Position numbers and translations under genes: made by a program. The notes below the pieces were generated by a model. That model had not been told where the DNA came from, did no database searches, and worked only from the letters and a program-made list of their open reading frames with translations. Of a stretch of DNA of 64,000 bases, positions 52,336 to 62,102 are shown in pieces (position 1 is the first letter of the stretch; the number at the start of each line of letters is the position of its first letter). Source of the stretch: an uncultured Chloroflexia bacterium (GTDB taxonomy: Bacteria; Chloroflexota; Dehalococcoidia; UBA2979); contig CAVSIV010000006.1 in the NCBI GenBank assembly GCA_963728205.1, positions 960,001-1,024,000 on the forward strand, in the 5' to 3' direction.

Positions 52336-52608
52336 ATGCACTCAGGGATGATCGGAAAGATCGAGAAGGCGCACCGCTACGCAGAGGAGCGCGAGCGTTT
52401 CCACATCCAGGATCTCTCGGTCACCGTTCATGGCAACAATGACGATCACGCCGTAACCCTGCATGACGGCCGCTGGCGCTGCGCCTGTGACTTCTTCGTA
52501 CACAACGGCGCGTGCGCCCACACGATGGCGCTCGAAGAGGTCCTCGACGGCATGCTGCCGGCGTCGGCCCGCGAGCTGCCCGAACCGCGGCTCGTCGAAG
52601 CGTCGTAA
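52336..52608 (+). CDS. small SWIM-like zinc-finger protein
   Basis: GMIGKIEKAHRYAEE...WRCACDFF...CAHTMALE (CxC...CxH). Confidence 0.8.
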   Translation: MHSGMIGKIEKAHRYAEERERFHIQDLSVTVHGNNDDHAVTLHDGRWRCACDFFVHNGACAHTMALEEVLDGMLPASARELPEPRLVEAS

Positions 52609-52713
52609 CCGCCCCGACGCGCGGCCATGACTGCAACGCCCGGCCGGGTGCGCGGCACCTGCGCCGGGCGTTCGCGCCAGCGCCCGCCGGGCGGCGCGCC
52701 GGGCTCCAGCCGG

Positions 52714-53973
52714 CTAGCCCTCGAAGCGGCGGAAGATGAGCACGGCGTTCTGCCCGCCGAATCCGAACGAGTTCTTCATCACGGTGCGGACGTCCGCCTG
52801 CCGCGAGACGTTCGGCACGTAGTCGAGGTCGCACTCGGGGCCGGGCTCGTCGAGGTTCCGCGTCGGTGCGATCTGCCCCGTGAGGATCGTCTGCGCCGCC
52901 GCTACGGCCTCGACGCCGCCGGAGCCGCCGAGCAGGTGTCCGACCTGCGACTTCAACGCGGAGACCGGCACGTCGTACGCGCGCTCGCCGAGCACGCTCT
53001 TCAGCGCGCGCGTCTCGGCGATGTCGCCGACCTCAGTGGCCGTCGCGTGCGCGGAGACGTAGTCGATCTCGTCGGGCGCGACGCCGGCGCTGTCGAGGGC
53101 GGCGCGCATCGCGCGGGCGGCGCCCTCGCCCGCGTCGGACGGCGCGACGAGGTACGAGGCGTCGGCGCTCACGCCGTAGCCGAGCACCTCGACGAGCGGC
53201 GTCGCGCCGCGCCCGCGGGCGTGCTCGAGCGACTCGAGCAGCAGCACGCCGGCACCCTCCGCCGGCGCGAAGCCGTCGCGCCGCGCATCGAACGGCCGCG
53301 ACGCGTGCTCGGGATCGTCGTTCCAGCCGGTGGTGAGCGCCCGCATGCTCGAGAAGCCGGCGAGGCCGAGCTCGCAGATGCCGGCCTCCGTGCCGCCCGC
53401 GAGCATGACGTCGGCCGCGCCGCGGCGGATCACCTCAACGGCGTCGCCGATCGCCTGCGTGCCGGCGGCGCACGCCGTGGTGACGGTGTTCGTGTAGCCG
53501 AGCAGGCCGAGCTGGATCGTGGTGTTCGCGGCCGCCATGTTCGGCAGCATCTTCGCGATGTAGAGCGGGTCGACCTTCATCCCGCCCCGGGCGATCAGCG
53601 TGCGCATCGCCTCGTCGGTATTGGGGAAGCCGCCGCCGCCGTTGCCCAGGATCACGCCGATGCGGGTGCGGTCGATCCCGCCGAGGTCGGCGAGGCCGCC
53701 CTGCTGGAGCGCCTGCTTCGAGGCCCCCACCGCGAACTGCGAGAACCGCGCCATGCGCCGCGCGTCCTTGCGGTCGAGGTACAGCGTCGGATCCCAGTCG
53801 CGGACCTCGCCGCCGACCTGGCAGGGGTACGGCTCGGGGTCGACGAGCGTGAGCCGCGCGAGGCCGGAGCGCCCGGCGACGGCGGCCTCCCAGAAGTCGC
53901 GCACGCAGTTGCCGAGGGGCGTGATCGCGCCCATCCCGGTCACCACGACGCGTCGTCGAGCCTCCGCCGCCAT
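52714..53973 (-). CDS. fabF: beta-ketoacyl-ACP synthase II
   Basis: RRVVVTGMG, TACAAG, HATAT, GHLLG, NSFGFGGQN. Confidence 0.95.
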   Translation of the reverse strand: MAAEARRRVVVTGMGAITPLGNCVRDFWEAAVAGRSGLARLTLVDPEPYPCQVGGEVRDWDPTLYLDRKDARRMARFSQFAVGASKQALQQGGLADLGGIDRTRIGVILGNGGGGFPNTDEAMRTLIARGGMKVDPLYIAKMLPNMAAANTTIQLGLLGYTNTVTTACAAGTQAIGDAVEVIRRGAADVMLAGGTEAGICELGLAGFSSMRALTTGWNDDPEHASRPFDARRDGFAPAEGAGVLLLESLEHARGRGATPLVEVLGYGVSADASYLVAPSDAGEGAARAMRAALDSAGVAPDEIDYVSAHATATEVGDIAETRALKSVLGERAYDVPVSALKSQVGHLLGGSGGVEAVAAAQTILTGQIAPTRNLDEPGPECDLDYVPNVSRQADVRTVMKNSFGFGGQNAVLIFRRFEG

Positions 53974-54092
53974 CGCTGCTCTCGCTCCACCGGTGCGCGG
54001 CATGCGCCGATGCCGCTCGGCGTGACCTGGCCGCTCTCGTGTCGGGGTTCGCCGTCGCCGCGCGCCAGGAGGCGGCCCGCGGTCGCACCATC

Positions 54093-55451
54093 CTACCGTA
54101 GGCCGAACGCGCGGTCGCCGGTGATGCCGAGCAGCGCCTCGCGCGCCTCGGCGACGGTGTAGAGGGAGCCGGCCACGACGATCGCGCTACGGTCGCCGGC
54201 CAGCGCCGCCGCGCGCTCGAGCGCGGCCGGCACGTCGGGCGCGCGCTGCACGATCGCGCCGGTCTGCTGCACGGCGCGCGCGAGCACGGCGACGTCGGCC
54301 GCGCGCTCGGACTGCGGCGCCGTCACGATCACCTCGTCCTCGTCGCCGATCAGCGCGGAGACCGTGGCGTCGACCTCCTTGCCGGAGAGCATGCCGAGCA
54401 CGACGACGCGCCGCCGCGGGACGCCCGCGGCATCGAGCGCCTCGCGCAGGCGGCGCGCGGAGAGCGGCGTGTGCGCGCCGTCGAGGATCGTGAGCGGCCG
54501 CTGGCGCACGACCTCGAAGCGCCCGGGGCAGCGCACGCCGGCGAGGCCCTCGTGCACCGCGGCCTCCGGCAGCTCGTCGCCCTGCGCGGCCAGCGCAAGC
54601 TCCGCGGCGCGCACGGCCGTGGCGGCGTTCTCGGACTGGTGCGCGCCGACGACCGGCAGCTTCAGCTTGCGATACGTGCGCAGCGGCGTGCGGAGCGTGA
54701 GCTCCTGGCCGTCGAGCCGCATCGACTCGCGCCGCATCGCACACTCCTCGGCGACGACGTGCACGCGCGCGCCCATCTCCGCCGCGCGGCTCCGCACGAC
54801 GTCGAGCGCCGACGCGCGCAGCGGCGACACGACGACGTCGCACGGGCCGGTGATGATGCCGGCCTTCTCGGCGGCGATCTTCGGGATCGTGTCGCCGAGG
54901 ATCGCCGTGTGCTCGAAGTCGATCGGTGTGATCGCGGCGACGACCTTCTCGCGCACCGCGTTCGTCGTGTCGAGCCGCCCGCCGAGACCGACCTCGAGCA
55001 CCTGCCAGTCGCACGCGGCGTCGGCGCCGGCGAGCCAGCCCATCACGGTCACGACCTCGAAGAGCGACCAGCCGTCGGTCGCGGGGTCGTCCATCACGCG
55101 CGCGGCGAGCGCGGCGAAGTCCGCGTAGCCGACGGACGCGCCGTCGACCGCGATCCGCTCCCGCTTCTGGTGGAGATCGGGCGAGGTGAGCAGCAGGGTG
55201 TGCGCGCCGTGAGCGCGCAGGATCGCCTCGGTCATCGCCGCGACGGAGAACTTGCCCTTCGAGCCGGCGACGTGGACCGTCGGCCGTTCGTCCGGGCGGT
55301 CGTGCGCGTCGAGCCACGTGCGCACGTGATCGACGCCCCAGCGCTGCGCCTGCGCGGGCACGCCCGTGCGCTCGTAGCCGCCGTGCGCCATCAGGCGGCG
55401 CGCGGCCGCGACATACGCGGCGAGGTCGGCGTCGGACGGCGCGACGGTCAC
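54093..55451 (-). CDS. folC: folylpolyglutamate synthase/dihydrofolate synthase
   Basis: VHVAGSKGK, TSPDL, LEVGLGGRLDTTN, IAAEKAGII, PGRFE, LDGAH, GSLY. Confidence 0.9.
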   Translation of the reverse strand: MTVAPSDADLAAYVAAARRLMAHGGYERTGVPAQAQRWGVDHVRTWLDAHDRPDERPTVHVAGSKGKFSVAAMTEAILRAHGAHTLLLTSPDLHQKRERIAVDGASVGYADFAALAARVMDDPATDGWSLFEVVTVMGWLAGADAACDWQVLEVGLGGRLDTTNAVREKVVAAITPIDFEHTAILGDTIPKIAAEKAGIITGPCDVVVSPLRASALDVVRSRAAEMGARVHVVAEECAMRRESMRLDGQELTLRTPLRTYRKLKLPVVGAHQSENAATAVRAAELALAAQGDELPEAAVHEGLAGVRCPGRFEVVRQRPLTILDGAHTPLSARRLREALDAAGVPRRRVVVLGMLSGKEVDATVSALIGDEDEVIVTAPQSERAADVAVLARAVQQTGAIVQRAPDVPAALERAAALAGDRSAIVVAGSLYTVAEAREALLGITGDRAFGLR

Positions 55452-55513
55452 GCGCGGGAGTGTACGGCCGCCGCCCGCTGGAGGGCGTTCCGCGCATCCC
55501 GTAGCCTCTTGGC

Positions 55514-56303
55514 ATGTCCGACGCGTCCGCGCACGCCGCCCCCCGCTGGTCCCGCGCCGGCGACGATCCCGCGTCGCCAATCGCGCCGCTCGACGGCGCC
55601 GTGATCGGCCGCGACATCCGGCTCGTCGTGGAGCAAGGGCCGCGCAACGGCGTCGGCGCGCGCTACTTCCGCGCGTTCCTCGAGGCCGACACGCTGGGCC
55701 GCACGGCGGCTCCCATCCTGCAGGGGCTCGCCAACCGCGGCGCGCAGCCGGGGTTCAACTGGGTCGAGGTCACGTCATATGACGGCGCGCCGGTGCTGGA
55801 GGACGGACGCGAGATCGACGATCCCCGAAGCCGTGGACGTGCAGATCGTGCGCGCGGTGGCGGCGCTCGTGCCGCCGGGCGGGCACCTCATGATCGAGTA
55901 CGACTCGCCGGCCCGCCGCCACACCGCGCAGGCACTCGCCGCGCGCGTGCCACCGGTCGCGACGCCGCTCGGCGCGAAGATGTTCGCCGCCGGGTGCGGC
56001 GTCGCCTTCCGGGACTGGTACATCCCCGAGGGTGGCCGCGAGGGCCCGCGCAAGCTGCAGGGGTTCCGCGCACTCGACGCGGAGCACGAGCGCCGGCGCG
56101 GCGAGGAGATGCTCCGCGAACTCGACGCGTTCATGCCGCGTTCGAAGGACCTCGACTGGCACCTCCAGGGCACGGTGCGCGAGCTCGCGCAGGCGGCGAT
56201 CGCCGCGCTGCACCATCGGCTGGGGCTACCCGAGGGTCCGCTCGCGCCGCCGGGCGCGTCGGACGAGCGGGACGCGCGCAACGGGACCCCGCCGATGTCG
56301 TGA
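55514..56303 (+). CDS. DUF1122-like protein (+1 frameshift near 55818)
   Basis: PPGGHLMIEY, PPVATPLG, FRDWYIPEGGREGPRKLQG; N-terminal half in a different frame. Confidence 0.7.
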
Positions 56304-56540
56304 GCGCGGCAGCGGGGCCCCGCCGCGCCGGGTTTGACCCGTCTTGAAGCGCGCGAATAGCATGCACGCGGGCTGACGCGCGTCACCGCAGCTTCCAGAC
56401 GCCACGTGTCGATGTTCGCCGCGTGACGCCGCAGACGCGCGACCACCGCCCCTGCCCGGGACTGATCACCTTGCGCCTGAGCGACGCGACGAGCGGCAAC
56501 GTGCCGCCGTGCTCGCGGGCGAAGAGATGGAGAGATAGCG

Positions 56541-57635
56541 ATGCCGCGAACGTTGAGCGTGATCAAGGCGGACATCGGTGGCTTCGTCGGCCACTCCGCG
56601 ATGCATCCCGACATCCTGGAGCACGGCCGCACCGAACTCGCGAAGGCCGTCGGGAGCGGGCTCCTGATCGACGCGCAGGCGCACTACTGCGGCGACGACC
56701 TCTTCCTGATCATGTCGCACGACCATGGTCAGGACAATGAGCGGGTGCACCACCTGGCGTGGGACATCTTCACCTCCGGCACCGACATCGCGAAGAAGCT
56801 GCACCTCTACGGCGCGGGGCAGGACCTGCTCGTCGACGCCTTCTCGGGCAACATCAAGGGCGCGGGGCCGGGCTCCGCGGAGCTCGAGTACGAGGAGCGC
56901 CCCTCCGAGCCGATCATCGTCTTCATGGCCGACAAGACGTCGGCCGGCGCGTTCAACCTGCCCTTCTACAAGATGTTCGCCGACCCCTTCAACACGGCGG
57001 GCCTGGTGATCGCCGAGCCGCTGCACAGCGGGTTCTCGTTCGAGGTCCACGACGTGAAGGAGCACAAGAAGATCGTGCTCAACACGCCGGAGGAGATGTA
57101 CGACCTGCTCGTCTTCATCGGCTCGCCGGCACGCTACGCGATCAAGCGCGTGATGAACCGCCAGACCGGCGAGGTCGCCGGCGTGTCCTCCACCGACAAG
57201 CTCTCTCTGATCGCGGGGCGCTACGTCGGCAAGGACGACCCGGCGGCGATCGTGCGCTGCCAGGGCGGCTTCCCGGCCGTCGGCGAGGTGCTCGAGCCGT
57301 TCACGCACGCGTGGATCGTCGAGGGCTTCATGCGCGGGTCGCACTACGGCCCGCTGATGCCGGTGGCGCAGGGCGACGCGCACCCCGCGCGCTTCGACGG
57401 CCCGCCGCGCATCGTCGCGCTCGGCTTCCAGTTGGCCGAGGGCAAGCTCGTCGGCCCGCGCGACCTCTTCGACGACCCGTCGTTCGACAACGTGCGCGCG
57501 GAGGCCAACCAGGTCGCGGATCACCTGCGCAAGCACGGCCCGTTCGAGCCGCACCGCCTGCCGCTCGACGAGATGGAGTACACGACGATGCCGGCCGTGG
57601 CCTCCAAGCTCAGCAGCCGCTGGGCGGAGCTCTAG
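56541..57635 (+). CDS. fbp: fructose-1,6-bisphosphate aldolase/phosphatase (class V FBPase)
   Basis: SVIKADIGG..GH, GDD, LYGAGQDLL.DAFSGN, YVGKDDP, GFMRGSH.GP, MEYTT. Confidence 0.95.
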   Translation: MPRTLSVIKADIGGFVGHSAMHPDILEHGRTELAKAVGSGLLIDAQAHYCGDDLFLIMSHDHGQDNERVHHLAWDIFTSGTDIAKKLHLYGAGQDLLVDAFSGNIKGAGPGSAELEYEERPSEPIIVFMADKTSAGAFNLPFYKMFADPFNTAGLVIAEPLHSGFSFEVHDVKEHKKIVLNTPEEMYDLLVFIGSPARYAIKRVMNRQTGEVAGVSSTDKLSLIAGRYVGKDDPAAIVRCQGGFPAVGEVLEPFTHAWIVEGFMRGSHYGPLMPVAQGDAHPARFDGPPRIVALGFQLAEGKLVGPRDLFDDPSFDNVRAEANQVADHLRKHGPFEPHRLPLDEMEYTTMPAVASKLSSRWAEL

Positions 57636-57672
57636 TCCGCCCCGCGGGGGCGCGATCGACGGCACGGGCGAC

Positions 57673-58467
57673 ATGCCGGCGACGCCGCGGCGGCCACCGC
57701 GCAAGCGCGTCGGCGTGGCGGCGAGCGCCTCGCCGACGGACGGCGATGGACGCCCCGACGTCGCGCTGATCGCCGACCTGCGAGCACGCCTCGCCGCCGG
57801 CGCGGACCCGACACGCGCGCCTGCGATGCAGGCATACATGAAGTCCACGATGCCGTACTGGGGCGTCCCCGCTCCGGAGCAGCGCCGCATCTTTCGGGCG
57901 GTGTTCGCGGCGCACCCGCTCCCGAACGCGGCCGCATGGCGCGCGACGCTGCGCACGCTGTGGCGCGACGCGGCGAAACGCGAGGAGCGCTACGCGGCGA
58001 TCGAGCTCGCGGGCCTGCGCCGCTACCGCGACTTCGAGGATCTCGAGACGCTGCCGCTCTACGAGGAGTGGATCGTGACGGGCGCGTGGTGGGACTACGT
58101 CGACGCCATCGCGTCCCACCGCCTCGGCGTGCTGCTCCGCCGGGAACCCGCGACGATGGGGCGCACGATGCGCGAGTGGGCGCGCGACCCGCACCTCTGG
58201 AAGCGTCGCGCCGCGATCCTGTGCCAGCTCGGCTTTCGCGGCGACACCGACCTTGCCTTGCTCGACGACTGCATCGAGCCGAACCTCGCCGATCGCGAGT
58301 TCTTCATGCGCAAGGCCATAGGATGGGCGCTGCGGGCCTACGCGTGGGCCGACCCGGACGCCGTCGTCCGCTACGTGACGGAGCGGCGTGACCGGCTGAG
58401 CCCGCTGAGCAAGCGCGAGGCCCTGAAGCACATCCTCAAGTCGGGCCGGATCACGGCCATCCCGTGA
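57673..58467 (+). CDS. DNA alkylation repair protein (AlkD-like)
   Basis: MQAYMKS, AWWDYVD, WKRRAAI, EFFMRKAIGWALRAY, LSKREALK. Confidence 0.88.
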   Translation: MPATPRRPPRKRVGVAASASPTDGDGRPDVALIADLRARLAAGADPTRAPAMQAYMKSTMPYWGVPAPEQRRIFRAVFAAHPLPNAAAWRATLRTLWRDAAKREERYAAIELAGLRRYRDFEDLETLPLYEEWIVTGAWWDYVDAIASHRLGVLLRREPATMGRTMREWARDPHLWKRRAAILCQLGFRGDTDLALLDDCIEPNLADREFFMRKAIGWALRAYAWADPDAVVRYVTERRDRLSPLSKREALKHILKSGRITAIP

Positions 58468-58503
58468 CGCGCCGCACCCGACGATACGAAAGCGAGTCCC
58501 ACG

Positions 58504-59104
58504 ATGAGCCGCCCCCGCCTGGTCCTTGCGACGAGCAACGCCGGCAAGGTCCGCGAGATGCGCCGAGCTGCTCGCCGACAGCGGGTGGGACGCCGTGACC
58601 ATCGCCGAGCTCGGCATCCCCGCGCCGACCGTGGTGGAGACCGCGCGCTCGTACGTCGAGAACGCCGTGGCGAAGGCGGTGGCGTACTGCGAGGCGACGG
58701 CGCTGCCGGCGCTCGCCGACGACTCCGGCATCGAGGTGGACGCGCTCGACGGCCGCCCGGGGCCGCTGTCGGCGCGCTACGGAGGCCCGCGCGCCGACGA
58801 CGCCGCGCGCTGGCAGCACCTGCTCGCGGAGCTCGACGGCGTCCCTCCCGGCCGCCGCGGCGCACGCTTCCGCTGCGTCGTCGCGCTGGCGCTGCCGGGC
58901 AACGCGCCAATCGTGCGCGAGGGCACGCTCGAGGGGCGTATCGCGCCGGCCGCGCGCGGCGAGGGCGGCTTCGGCTACGACCCGGTCTTCGCGCTGCCGG
59001 ACGGCCGCACGCTCGCCGAGATCGGCGCCGAGAAGCAGTCGCTCAGCCACCGCGCGCGCGCCGTGAGCGCCATCGCGGACGTCCTGCGACGCCGCGCGCA
59101 CTGA
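58504..59104 (+). CDS. rdgB: non-canonical purine NTP pyrophosphatase (+1 frameshift near 58563)
   Basis: [11 protein letters not shown] then [35 protein letters not shown]. Confidence 0.92.
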
Positions 59105-59171
59105 CGCACGTCCTGCAGCCGATGCGCCCGCGCGTGCAACACGGGCGGCGAATCCGCGTACACTGTCGGGC

Positions 59172-60203
59172 ATGCCACACCCGGACTTCGACGACGACGC
59201 GCCGCCGCGCGACCGGCTCGGCCGGCCGATGCAGGACCTGCGCATCTCGGTTACGGACCGCTGCAACTTCCGCTGCCAGTACTGCATGCCGCGCGAGGTC
59301 TTCGGCCCCGACTTCGCGTTCCTCCCGCGCTCCGAGATCCTCACCTTCGAGGAGATCACGCGCCTCGCCGCGATCTTCCGCGACCTCGGCGTGCGCAAGG
59401 TCCGCCTCACCGGCGGTGAGCCGACGCTGCGCGCGCAGCTCCCGACGCTCGTGCGCATGCTCAAGGACCTCGGCGGGCTCGAGGTCACGCTGACGACGAA
59501 CGGCACGATGCTGCGGACGCTCGCCGCGCCGCTCGCCGAGGCCGGTCTCGACCGCGTGACCGTGTCGCTCGACTCGCTCGACGACGCGACGTTCCGTCGC
59601 ATGAACGACATGGACTTCCCGGTCGCGCTCGTGCTCGAGGGCATCGACGCGGCATCCGCCGCCGGGCTCGCGCCGCTGAAGGTGAACGCCGTCGTGCGGC
59701 GCGGCGTCAACGACGACACGCTGCTCGACCTCGCGCGCCACTTCCGCGGCACCGGCCACATCCTGCGCTTCATCGAGTTCATGGACGTCGGCACCACGAA
59801 CGGCTGGCGCCTCGACGAGGTCGTGCCCGCGGCCGAGCTCGCCGCGCGGATCGATTCCGCGTTTCCGCTCGAGCCCCTCGACCCGAACTACGCGGGCGAG
59901 GTCGCGCAGCGTTACCGCTACCGCGACGGCGCCGGCGAGATCGGCTTCATCACGTCGGTGACGCAGCCGTTCTGCGCGACGTGCACGCGCGCCCGGCTCT
60001 CCGCCGACGGCCGCCTCTACACCTGCCTCTTCGCCGCCGGCGGCACCGACCTGCGCGACACGATGCGCGCCGGAGCCGACGACGCGGCCCTGCGCGCGCG
60101 CATCGCCGGCGTCTGGGAGCGGCGCACGGACCGCTACTCCGAGCTGCGCTCGGACGCCACCATCGACCTGCCGCGTGTCGAGATGTCGTACATCGGTGGC
60201 TAG
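59172..60203 (+). CDS. moaA: GTP 3',8-cyclase
   Basis: [28 protein letters not shown]...CLF, C-terminal MSYIGG. Confidence 0.97.
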   Translation: MPHPDFDDDAPPRDRLGRPMQDLRISVTDRCNFRCQYCMPREVFGPDFAFLPRSEILTFEEITRLAAIFRDLGVRKVRLTGGEPTLRAQLPTLVRMLKDLGGLEVTLTTNGTMLRTLAAPLAEAGLDRVTVSLDSLDDATFRRMNDMDFPVALVLEGIDAASAAGLAPLKVNAVVRRGVNDDTLLDLARHFRGTGHILRFIEFMDVGTTNGWRLDEVVPAAELAARIDSAFPLEPLDPNYAGEVAQRYRYRDGAGEIGFITSVTQPFCATCTRARLSADGRLYTCLFAAGGTDLRDTMRAGADDAALRARIAGVWERRTDRYSELRSDATIDLPRVEMSYIGG

Positions 60204-60705
60204 CGGCGACGCGCTCCGCGGCGGCCTCTCGCACCTCGACGCCGAGGGGCGTGCGCACATGGTGGACGTCTCCGCGAAGGACGTGACGGCGCGCGAGGCG
60301 ACGGCGCGCGGCCGCGTCACGATGCGCGCCGAGACGCTCGCGTTGATCGTCGATGGCCGCATCCCGAAGGGCGACGTCTTCGCCACGGCGCGGATCGCCG
60401 GGATCATGGCGGCGAAGCGCACGCACGAGCTCATCCCGCTGTGCCACCCGCTGCCGCTGAGCGGCATCCGCGTCGAACTCGCACCCTCCCCCGACGCGGA
60501 CGGCGGACCGGCGGCCGTCGCCATCGAGGCGACGGTACGCACGACGGCGCAGACCGGCGTCGAGATGGAGGCGCTGACCGCGGTCTCGGTCGCGGCCCTG
60601 ACGATCTACGACATGTGCAAGGCCGTCGAGCGGACCATGCGCATCGGCGAGATCCGCCTCGTCGCGAAGTCGGGCGGGAAGTCCGGCGAGTTCCGCGGCG
60701 AGTAG
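60196..60705 (+). CDS. moaC: cyclic pyranopterin monophosphate synthase
   Basis: [31 protein letters not shown]. Confidence 0.96.
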   Translation: MASGDALRGGLSHLDAEGRAHMVDVSAKDVTAREATARGRVTMRAETLALIVDGRIPKGDVFATARIAGIMAAKRTHELIPLCHPLPLSGIRVELAPSPDADGGPAAVAIEATVRTTAQTGVEMEALTAVSVAALTIYDMCKAVERTMRIGEIRLVAKSGGKSGEFRGE

Positions 60706-60757
60706 CGAGCGCGCGCCGGCCGCCGTCGTCAGGCGGGCGCGCCGGGCGCGCGCGAGC

Positions 60758-61138
60758 TCACGACGTCGCCGCCTCGAGGTGCGCCACGAGCGCGCGCACC
60801 GCGCGCCAGGCGTATGGCACGTAGTCGGCCGGCGGCAGGTCGAGCGCGACGGCCGTTTCGTTGCGCGACGCGACGTGATCGCCCCCGCGCGCCAGCTCGT
60901 CCTCGTCGAGCCCGATTTGCAGTTCGTGGAGCCTGCCGTCATCCATCACGATCACGCAGCCGTAGGGGCTGCCCTCGGGCGGGTCGACCTCGATCCCGTA
61001 CGTGAACATCGACCCCGGAAAGACCGGAAACGGGTCGATCTGCTTCGCGAGGCGCTCGATCAGCTCGCGCAGCTGCGTGGCCGCGCGCTCCACGACGGCG
61101 TCCGCGAACGCGCGGTGCTGGAGCGGGTCGTCCGCCAT
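60758..61138 (-). CDS. hypothetical protein
   Basis: 126-aa ORF with AAGGA RBS and coding-like codon usage. Confidence 0.65.
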   Translation of the reverse strand: MADDPLQHRAFADAVVERAATQLRELIERLAKQIDPFPVFPGSMFTYGIEVDPPEGSPYGCVIVMDDGRLHELQIGLDEDELARGGDHVASRNETAVALDLPPADYVPYAWRAVRALVAHLEAATS

Positions 61139-61229
61139 CCGTCGGTCCTTCTCTACGCTTCACCGCGTAATCCGCCGGTCCCGGCGCGCGGGTTATGATA
61201 AGTGGACGGCTGACCGGAGTGCCCACCGC

Positions 61230-61856
61230 ATGCAAGCCACGCGCCAGCAGATCCTCGATTTCCTTCGTGCCGAGGGCGAGGGAAGCGTGCGCGATCTCGC
61301 CGACCACCTGGGGCTGACGTCGACCGGTGTGCGCCAGCACCTGACGGTGCTCGAGCGCGAGGGATTCGTGGTCAGCCGCGAGCTGCGCGGCAAGGTCGGG
61401 CGGCCGGCGCTCTCGTACTCGCTCACGAACGACGGTGAAGCGCTGTTCCCGAAGTCGTACGACAGGCTCGCGAGCGCGCTGCTCGTCGCGGCCCGCTCGA
61501 CGCTCGACGCGGACACCTTCGCCACCCTGCTGCGTCGCGCCGCCGGCCCGCTGGCCGCGCCCCACCTCGAGCAGCTCACCGTGCTGCCGCCGGCGGAGCG
61601 CATGGACGCGGCGTGCGAGGTGCTGCGGCAGTCGGACCTGGTGGTCGACTGGGAGCGCGATGCGCAGGGCAACTTCCTGCTGCATGAGCGCACGTGCCCG
61701 TACCTCGAGGTCGCTCGCGACGACCCCGCCGCGTGCATGATCGACGTCGCGTTCATCGAGCAGCTCACGGGCATGCATGCCGAGCTGACGTGCTGCCAGA
61801 TGCACGGCGGCAACGACTGCACCTATCGGATGCGCCCGGACGTCGCGTCCGCCTGA
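61230..61856 (+). CDS. SufR-like winged-HTH regulator with Cys-rich C-terminal domain
   Basis: TRQQIL...VRQHLTVLEREG...GRP; CPY-x10-C...CC...C. Confidence 0.85.
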   Translation: MQATRQQILDFLRAEGEGSVRDLADHLGLTSTGVRQHLTVLEREGFVVSRELRGKVGRPALSYSLTNDGEALFPKSYDRLASALLVAARSTLDADTFATLLRRAAGPLAAPHLEQLTVLPPAERMDAACEVLRQSDLVVDWERDAQGNFLLHERTCPYLEVARDDPAACMIDVAFIEQLTGMHAELTCCQMHGGNDCTYRMRPDVASA

Positions 61857-62102
61857 CCGACCGGCCGTCTGCTTCCCGCCCCTCACACCACCGCCTACAC
61901 TGGCGCCCGGCGGGGTGAGGGGATGCCGTGACGCGCCCTGATCGCCCCACGATCACCCGGCCCGACCCGGGCGCGCCGCGCGACGGCGTCACGCCGGCGT
62001 CGCCCGCGGGCACGGCTCCCGGCCACGCCTCGATCCGCAGCAGTGGGACCGGTCGATGATGACGACCCGGCGGCCGCGCATCGCGCCGCGCGCGAGAGGC
62101 CT

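Noticed and set aside
59105-59171. Moco riboswitch before moaA
   Set aside because: The intergenic gap is only about 67 nt and the -10 element lies 7 nt from the ATG.
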